A stretch of DNA of 63,065 nucleotides, counting the filler, from an uncultured bacterium (GTDB taxonomy: Bacteria; JAGOEH01): NCBI GenBank assembly GCA_964632485.1. It is 3 parts of 3 records of this genome, joined end to end, with 100 filler letters (N's around TTAATTAATTAA, not from the genome) between each part and the next. Parts side by side here need not be neighbours in the genome. Positions count along the whole stretch, not along the records: positions 51,344 to 63,065 come from CAZWDO010000044.1; 2 more parts are not named here. One strand, written 5' to 3'. Positions 56,684 to 63,065 of the stretch are shown here, in pieces. The notes below the pieces were generated by a model that was given only the letters and a program-made list of their open reading frames with translations, was not told the origin of the DNA and searched no databases. The position numbers and the translations under genes are program-made. Position 1 is the first letter of the stretch; every line of letters begins with the position of its first letter.

Positions 56684-58718
56684 TTATCCCATATTGTCAA
56701 ATTTGAAAGGTTCGCTGGCGGATATGAAATATTCATCCTGCTCGCGTTTGATGGCGAATACTTCGATGCCATAGATGGCGGCGCTGGAGTACAAAATAAA
56801 GCGGATTTTGTTGGACTCAAGGGTATCGATATGGGTTTTCTGTTCGATGCGCGGATCGATTTTCAGAATATCGCGGAGCGCTGTTTTTTTCCACTGTTGG
56901 GCGATATAGCGCTCATCTCTGAATTCGCGGCCGTTATCGCTGAAATGAATGCGTAAATCACTGCCTTTGTTGAGCATATCGTGCATGCCGATCGCCTCCT
57001 GCAATGGCTTGTCTTTCATGCCGAGGACCAAACGTTCGTCGCGGTAATTCGTTACATAGATTTCACACGGCACATTTGGTTTGAAATACTCCAAACTGAG
57101 GTCGATTTTACCTTCCCGTTTGTCGTGCAGATATTGGATCGCGCCACGCAGGCAGTTCAGCTTCAGTTGTTGCGTGGTTTGCTGCTCACTGCTGCGCTTG
57201 AGCGTGTAGATGCGGCGTCCGGGCAGAAATTCCTTGAGGGATTGGCGGAAAAGGCCAATCCGGCTCGATTGGCCGGAGAGCTTGATGTGATGGTAATGGA
57301 TCAGGCCTTTTTCAATTTCCGGATTGGGCGCTAAAAGATTGCATAAAACGCGATAGATATCGGCGGCGATCAAGGTATCAATTTCACGAATCGTAAACGT
57401 AGGCGAGTTCTTCATTTCAAGAATTTCCCAATTTCCGGGTTTGTTTTTATCGCGAAAATGGAAACGGAAATTTTTGAACAGAAGAGTAATTTTTTTCCCG
57501 CTGCCCTGTTTATCTGAATTGAAATCTACTTCGATACCTTCGCTGGAACGGAAAAAGGCTTTTTTCATTTCCTCGGCCTGTTCCCAGAGTGTGAAATAAT
57601 TGTTGCGCACCCGGTCGTAATCGTTGCGGGAATGCCTGTATTTTTCATATTGAAGAGGAAAAATCGCTTCGGCCTTCTGACATTCGGCAAGCAGTCTTGC
57701 ATAGATATAATCAATAGGACTTTGGTCATTTTGAGAGAGCCATGAATCGATTTCGCGAAAGATGTCCTCGAAGTTGGGTAGAAATGAATCGATAGTATTG
57801 GTGATTTCATCGGCGCGTTGGGAGGCATAGCGCACTTGCATGAACTGCATGATGCGTTCGGTGATTTTGTCGCCGCCGAAATCCGCATCGCCATCTTCCC
57901 GATCGACTTTGATTGCCAGCTTGTAATGCGAACCCGTATCTTCACATTCAAATACGCAGGAAGCCAGGTCCGTGGTGCCGCCGCCGCAATCGATAATCAG
58001 CGCCTTTTCACTCTCTTTCCTGCCAGGTTCGATGGATTTCATTTTTTCGCGGATCAGTTCGTAGAGAACCGCTACGCCTTCATCGAGAGCGTCATTCCCG
58101 AGCTGGATATTGAATCTTCGTTCGCCTTCTCGTGAATAAAGCGATTTGAAGGATTTCAAATAATTTTCCTTCAGTTTGACGGGGCAGGAGAAATGCAGGG
58201 ATTGGAAGCGGCATTTGAACTGGCTTTCCGCCTGATGGATGATGTAATCGATATACCCGCGCAGCAGTTCGCCGCGGCGAATCCCCGGCAGGGTATTGCG
58301 TTTTTCATCTTCCATAATCAGTTCTTCGTTCGGATCAGTCAGCCAGCGCTTGATGCTTTTAAAAACCGATGACTGGGGGGCGTAATTGAGTTCGCGCAGT
58401 TTTTCCTGCGTTTCATATCCGTAGAGCAGATTCAGGGATTTACCGTTGATTTCGCGGACATAAATAGCGGTAGGAACAGTTTCGAACCATTTTTCATCGC
58501 TTAAAAACTTTACAGTATTGATCGCATCGATCTCGATGGCCGGGTTGGCGGCAAGATCGATGGGCGAATCGACATAATCGCGGAAGAGGTAAGCTCCGGC
58601 GGAAGTGTTGGATGTGCCGAGGTCAATGCAGAGCGTCGCCGTCGTAGGCAGGGGTTTGAGCAGTACGATATCGGTCTCTCGCGTCACGGTCTGATTGTTT
58701 TCCAGTCGACAACGGAGG
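56684..58718 (-). CDS. second atypical Hsp70/actin-fold ATPase, N-terminally truncated
   Basis: CIDLGTSNT, DEGVAVLY, IDCGGGTTDL, FGGD.IT, LSGQS; its frame begins at a junction with an unrelated gene. Confidence 0.78.
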
Positions 58719-59174
58719 CTGAATGTATTCAGGCATAGCAAGTTCCGAATTCGGTCCGAATCCGCCTGAAACTTGTTTCGGATTTTCCGGGTCAAGTATC
58801 CATGTGTTTCCGTTGACTACATATTTGTAATCTAACCGGGCATTTGGTTCGTACGTCTTTGAAAGATAATAAAAATTTGTACCGGTTAAATTTAATAAAC
58901 TGCTATTGGCATAGCTCCATCCATTCATGTCGCCGGCAAGCGATACTGAATTCACATTATTTCTGTAGATAAAATTTGCTGTACTGTCTTCAATAAATGG
59001 GATACCCTTTGTACGTGCATACACATAAAAACTGTCAACTGCCGCATTTTTCTGACTTGCTGATGGAAGGGAATTCACTTTGTTTATAAAGGATTGGAAT
59101 TCATTTTGTGCATGGTTGTTCATTGTTAAGATAAAAAAAAATGAAATTAGTACTATTTTTTGTTGTATTGACAT
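58718..59174 (-). pseudogene. N-terminal part of an exported esterase (CBM48-like/Fes-type N domain); catalytic domain lost
   Basis: Signal peptide, IPFIE...FIYR...VSLAGDMNGW, ARLDYKYVVNG.WILDPENP...GGFGPNSELAMPEYIQP, then abrupt switch. Confidence 0.7.
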
Positions 59175-59244
59175 TTAGTTCTCCCTGATATTTGTCGTCA
59201 ATCAGTGAGATACAAATGCCCCTCACTGAACCGAACGTGCGATC
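59162..59244 (-). mobile_element. group II intron 3' remnant (3' half of domain V plus domain VI)
   Basis: Minus strand CGCACGTTCGGTTCAGTGAGGGGCATTT...AAATGTCAATACAAC with inner stem TCTCACTGAT/ATCAGGGAGA. Confidence 0.55.
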
Positions 59245-59387
59245 TGAATAATAATGATAGGATTATTTTTGCAAATGTCAAGAAGAAAAATAATATTTTT
59301 AGGTAAAATCTTTATTAAAGGCTGCGTTGTCGGGTTACTTAAAAAAATTTTCTCTATCAATCTCATATTAATCCTCCTGTTTATTTG

Positions 59388-60770
59388 TTAGAATACCAAA
59401 TACCATATTTCTTTGACCCTGCCACAGGATGTTAGTTTTTCAGCAGATTGGGTATTTTCATATAATAAACAATATATATCGCCATGTGGCGCCACCGAAG
59501 GTTCTGCAAATTCTCCATCCGTGATGAGGAGGGCTTTTCTGAATCCATGATGATTCAAATGGTTAAAAACAACATTTACATCGGTTCCTCCGGATAATGC
59601 CTGCCCGCCGCGAATATGTTCCAGTGAGACTTCTTTTAGATGATCGCTGAACAAAAAATAAGGTCCCTGGAACTGGTTGCCCATATTCATTAACAATTGA
59701 TAGACTTTCCGTTTATATTTCCTGGCAGACCCTGAAAAATCGATATACACCGCGGCAAATTCTTTTTTCTGTTCCAGCAGTTGAAAATGATGCGGAAAAA
59801 ACCATGGATTGATTCCCAGGCTCATTAATGATGTTTCTTTACGCGCATATTTCGGTACCACCGTCTTAAAATAAACATCATTTTCGGCCAATGTGGCGTA
59901 GGCAGGATGCGGCGCTAATACTTTGAGTATTGCATGTTTCAAGAGATTCAAGCGACGTCGGAATAGCGACTCCCGGTCTGTTTCGATATCAATATGCAGT
60001 TCAATTTCATCCATACTTAAATTCATTTGCTGAGTCTGGCGGTCAGAATCCACCTGTCTGGCAAGTTCTTCTATGCCATTGGGTCCCTGAGCTGCTTTAT
60101 CGAACCCAAAATCTGAATATACCGGTTTAAACTCTTTTTGATCAACCAGTTCAGCCAATCGACAGACAATTTCTTCCAACGGCATCCCGCCGCGGCGATA
60201 ATTATCGACCCATAAGTGATAGAGTTTTTCTTTCTTTTCCTGCTCCCAATTCGGAATGTGATACAGTTCAGTTTTTATCCGGTTCCGTGATTTATGCGGC
60301 GGCATCAATAAAAAAATCAAATCATCCTGTTCACCGGTCTTGATAAAATTTCGATATCCTTTCCCATACATTCGTTTCAAAATTCGAAGTTTAGATCGAT
60401 GGTTCAAATCATACATCATCGCATTTACCTGCATATCCTGACAAAAATTGATAAATTCTGGGGTATATGTTTTTAGCAGCGGCTCATCTGCCTGAGCATG
60501 TCCTAAACAGAAATGACCCAGTTCATGGATAGTTACCCAGGTAATATCCTCGATATTCATACGATTGGTTTTTATAAATTTTTCACTGATCTCAATATGA
60601 AATTTTTGATTTTCATAGCGAATCCATGCCGTTTCCAAACCCGGGCGTTCATGCGCCTTAAAGTCTGCGATCTGGGCGCGTAATATGCTTAAAAAAGGTA
60701 ATAATCCATTTTTTTTACGATAAATATAGGTTACAATTTCGGTTAGAAAATCTCGGTTTTTCGGGTTCAT
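59388..60770 (-). CDS. HExxH metallopeptidase-like plus vWA domain protein (DUF2201-like, MoxR partner)
   Basis: IHELGHFCLGH...N..QD..VN; MIDAS VYIDFSGS, GGTD, LITDG. Confidence 0.82.
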   Translation of the reverse strand: MNPKNRDFLTEIVTYIYRKKNGLLPFLSILRAQIADFKAHERPGLETAWIRYENQKFHIEISEKFIKTNRMNIEDITWVTIHELGHFCLGHAQADEPLLKTYTPEFINFCQDMQVNAMMYDLNHRSKLRILKRMYGKGYRNFIKTGEQDDLIFLLMPPHKSRNRIKTELYHIPNWEQEKKEKLYHLWVDNYRRGGMPLEEIVCRLAELVDQKEFKPVYSDFGFDKAAQGPNGIEELARQVDSDRQTQQMNLSMDEIELHIDIETDRESLFRRRLNLLKHAILKVLAPHPAYATLAENDVYFKTVVPKYARKETSLMSLGINPWFFPHHFQLLEQKKEFAAVYIDFSGSARKYKRKVYQLLMNMGNQFQGPYFLFSDHLKEVSLEHIRGGQALSGGTDVNVVFNHLNHHGFRKALLITDGEFAEPSVAPHGDIYCLLYENTQSAEKLTSCGRVKEIWYLVF

Positions 60771-62017
60771 ATTATCCCTGCTTTTTTCTTTTCCAATGGT
60801 GTTTTCCAGTCTGAATTGTTTTTGATCACCATCTCATAGAAGCCTGTAGTCAGAATTTCCCAGCCATCTTTTAAAAGTTCGCCCATCGTCGGATCGAACC
60901 CATTATTGCCGGATGATGACCCACCGGACCCGCTGGATGAATTGGGATTTTTTGTTCGATGCGATCAATTGCCGTTTTTGGTACTGCCATGCTGCCGATA
61001 TGTATTGAGGATTGATTCGGTCTGCGCAACACTTTGCTGGTCAATTTCTTGGACATTAATGGCATGCAATGCCTCAAATATGCATTCTTTCAGGATATCT
61101 AAATGATTTTCATCTTCTACCACCGGATACAACCATGAGCTTTCAGATGCCGTAATAAAATTTTGCGGGTCAATCGACTTTTTTTGCGTTGAATAGATGT
61201 CAATGGCGATATAGGTCTTCAGATTCCGTTTCATCATGGCCGCGCGTCGGGGACTGATACTGAGCTTGTTTTTCCGAACTTGATGGTAAAACGCAACTAT
61301 AAATGTATCCATCACCGGTTCTAAAGTGGATAACTCATTTCGGTAAATATGTCGGATCGATTGTATCATGCTGTTCAAATCCGACTTCAATACAGATAAA
61401 TCCTGATTCTGAGCGCCGTCTATATTCAATCCGGGAGCATCCGATTCATGTTCGGTTGATATGATCTTTTTCAAATCTGCTGAACTGAACTCATCATCCA
61501 TAAACACCACCTGCGCAAATCGATCAGCCAAAGCGATATCCAATGGATTGGCGCCCAGATACCCCAATGGATTCATCGCTGAAAATATATACTATAATCG
61601 TGGAATCTGTCGGCCCATCACACGTCGTGATCGAATGACTTCCAGCCATTTGTTTTGCATGGTTGGATTGGCTCTGGAAATTTCGTCTATTAAAATAAAG
61701 CGTTTGTTCCAGATTGTGATCGGAGAATTTAAGTAGTCCACCTCCCCTTGCTGCATTTTCTTCGGGTCAGGAAATCCGACCACATCCTCAAATAACGATT
61801 TGGACGCATCATACGCCTGAAATTCCTTGAAATCCCCTTGCGTCAAACACCCTAAAGATTTGGCTATTTTTTCTGCCAATAATGTTTTTCCGATACCGTG
61901 GTTACCCACAAACAATATCGGATCACCAGTGATCAGACTGCTTAAAATCTGTTTGGAAATCGGACGATAGCCATACACTTGCAGTTGTTCCAGAATGCTG
62001 TTGAATTGTTGCGACAT
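60767..62017 (-). pseudogene. MoxR-family AAA+ ATPase with two in-frame stops
   Basis: Walker A GNHGIGKT, Walker B LIDEISRA, AMNP, LDIALADRF; TAG at 61592-61594 and TGA at 60965-60967; the frame continues to a stop overlapping the vWA ATG. Confidence 0.85.
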
Positions 62018-62077
62018 AGATACACTCCTTTGTTAAACCCAGTGATTACGAATTGATGCTTCCCTAAAATAATATCG

Positions 62078-62102
62078 TATTGCGACAAATAGTGTCGCAA
62101 TA
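62078..62102. promoter_or_regulatory. perfect palindromic operator upstream of the MoxR gene
   Basis: TATTGCGACA-AATAG-TGTCGCAATA; no U-tract downstream on either strand. Confidence 0.65.
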
Positions 62103-62106
62103 AAAA

Positions 62107-63012
62107 CTATACCATAATTTGATTTTTTTTGATGACGATTAATTCATCTCCTTGTATTAGAATTCTTTCCTTATCGATCCCCGACGGATTCAAAAATATC
62201 CCTCTTTTATATTTTTCCGCCTCTGTTATTTGATTTTTAACAATATATCCAATTGGAATTTGACGGTTATTAGCATCATAGCAAGCTAATATAGTATCTG
62301 AAAAACGGATATTCAATTCGCCAATTGTTATAATATCCAAATCATATCCCCCGGTATTGATGAGATTAAAAATGACCTGAGATCTTCGATAATCGGTTAA
62401 ATTCATGCATATTAATTTGGAAATTAGCTGATTTCCGACAAAGCGAATTACATTCTGGTTCAATCCCCATTGGGTTTGGATATTGCTCATTATTTCTTCT
62501 GTTTCTGCATCCAGTAGTTCTACAATAATGGAAATTTTTTTTATTGCGAATAAATCAGTCAATAAAAAAAGAAGCCGGTTGATAGTATATGAATCGATCT
62601 CTACTTCCTGTTGGTCTTCGGCAAACATCGATTCATCCGATAAAATTAAAAGTTTATCTTTTTCAGTAAACTCCTTTAAATATTCCAAGACATCTTCATA
62701 TTTGGTAATTTGCGTATAATCATGGTGGATTCGACTGCAATCTTTGCAGAGCTGGCATTGTCCCTTGTCTTTATGAATGCATGAATTTTGATACCAGGAA
62801 ACAAAATCGGATACCGGTTTTCCTCCGAATATTTTTACCTGAAACAAATCTTCTTTCTTTTGGATTTTAGTTTTTTTCTGAATCTGGTCCCGAATACCGT
62901 GTATCCGGTTGTTCAATCCCCAAATATAAATTTTTGTAGTTGATTTATCTCTACCGACCCATTGAATTGCCGGAGATGGCAAATCGGTTTGATGTGAAAT
63001 CTTTCCTGAAAC
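62107..63012 (-). CDS. hypothetical protein, probably N-terminally truncated by an IS end
   Basis: Open frame runs up into the IS-like terminus at 63013 with no ATG/SD; contains C-x6-CxxCxxC. Confidence 0.6.
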   Translation of the reverse strand, partial: VSGKISHQTDLPSPAIQWVGRDKSTTKIYIWGLNNRIHGIRDQIQKKTKIQKKEDLFQVKIFGGKPVSDFVSWYQNSCIHKDKGQCQLCKDCSRIHHDYTQITKYEDVLEYLKEFTEKDKLLILSDESMFAEDQQEVEIDSYTINRLLFLLTDLFAIKKISIIVELLDAETEEIMSNIQTQWGLNQNVIRFVGNQLISKLICMNLTDYRRSQVIFNLINTGGYDLDIITIGELNIRFSDTILACYDANNRQIPIGYIVKNQITEAEKYKRGIFLNPSGIDKERILIQGDELIVIKKNQIMV

Positions 63013-63065
63013 TGTATTGGTTCAGCGGAAAATGGAGAACGAGGTTAAAAACAACTTAACAAAAC
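63013..63065. mobile_element. putative IS terminus
   Basis: TGTATTGGTTCAGCGGAAAATGGAGAA matches the 51189 copy at 20/27 positions without gaps. Confidence 0.5.

Noticed and set aside
51732-58718. Housekeeping dnaK/grpE operon
   Set aside because: Lacks the DnaK signatures (GIDLGTTNS, TVPAYF, substrate-binding domain) and has no hrcA or dnaJ
60965-61594. Stop-codon reassignment (Pyl, Sec or alternative code) explaining the in-frame TAG and TGA
   Set aside because: rplA and rpoC end in TAG and rplJ ends in TGA at the expected positions, and three different stop types interrupt genes, which fits decay better

Overview
This window is not one locus. It is three assembly contigs joined by artificial 100-nt N/TTAATTAATTAA linkers (27201-27300, 51244-51343). 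The organism looks like an uncultured FCB-superphylum bacterium: RpoC has the insert [18 protein letters not shown], and there are FlgD/T9SS-type C-terminal domains, but the promoters are E. coli-like TTGACA-N17-TATATT. Contig 1 (1-27200) is core genome: tuf 3' end, rpmG, tRNA-Trp, secE, nusG, rplKAJL, rpoBC, an archease-rtcB-glgA operon divergent from an AmmeMemoRadiSam radical SAM gene, and envelope and housekeeping genes. Contig 2 (27301-51243) is an accessory, decaying region. It holds a pseudogenised delta-60/FnIII surface protein, gene fragments, a bacterial homologue of the plant/fungal IQM core domain, an RtcR-like AAA+ regulator, two paralogous REC-PAS-HisKA_2 kinases, a broken hybrid kinase and a BNR/VPS10-repeat secreted protein. 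Contig 3 (51344-63065) resembles a defence/conflict island. It holds a DNA methylase fragment, a four-gene operon with two atypical Hsp70-fold ATPases plus a GrpE-like coiled coil, a group II intron 3' remnant, and a MoxR AAA+ / HExxH-vWA pair behind a palindromic WYL-type promoter, bracketed by related IS-like termini. The best novelty candidates are the dual-Hsp70/GrpE-like operon and the IQM-like orphan enzyme. All family assignments come from motif recognition by eye; no searches were run.
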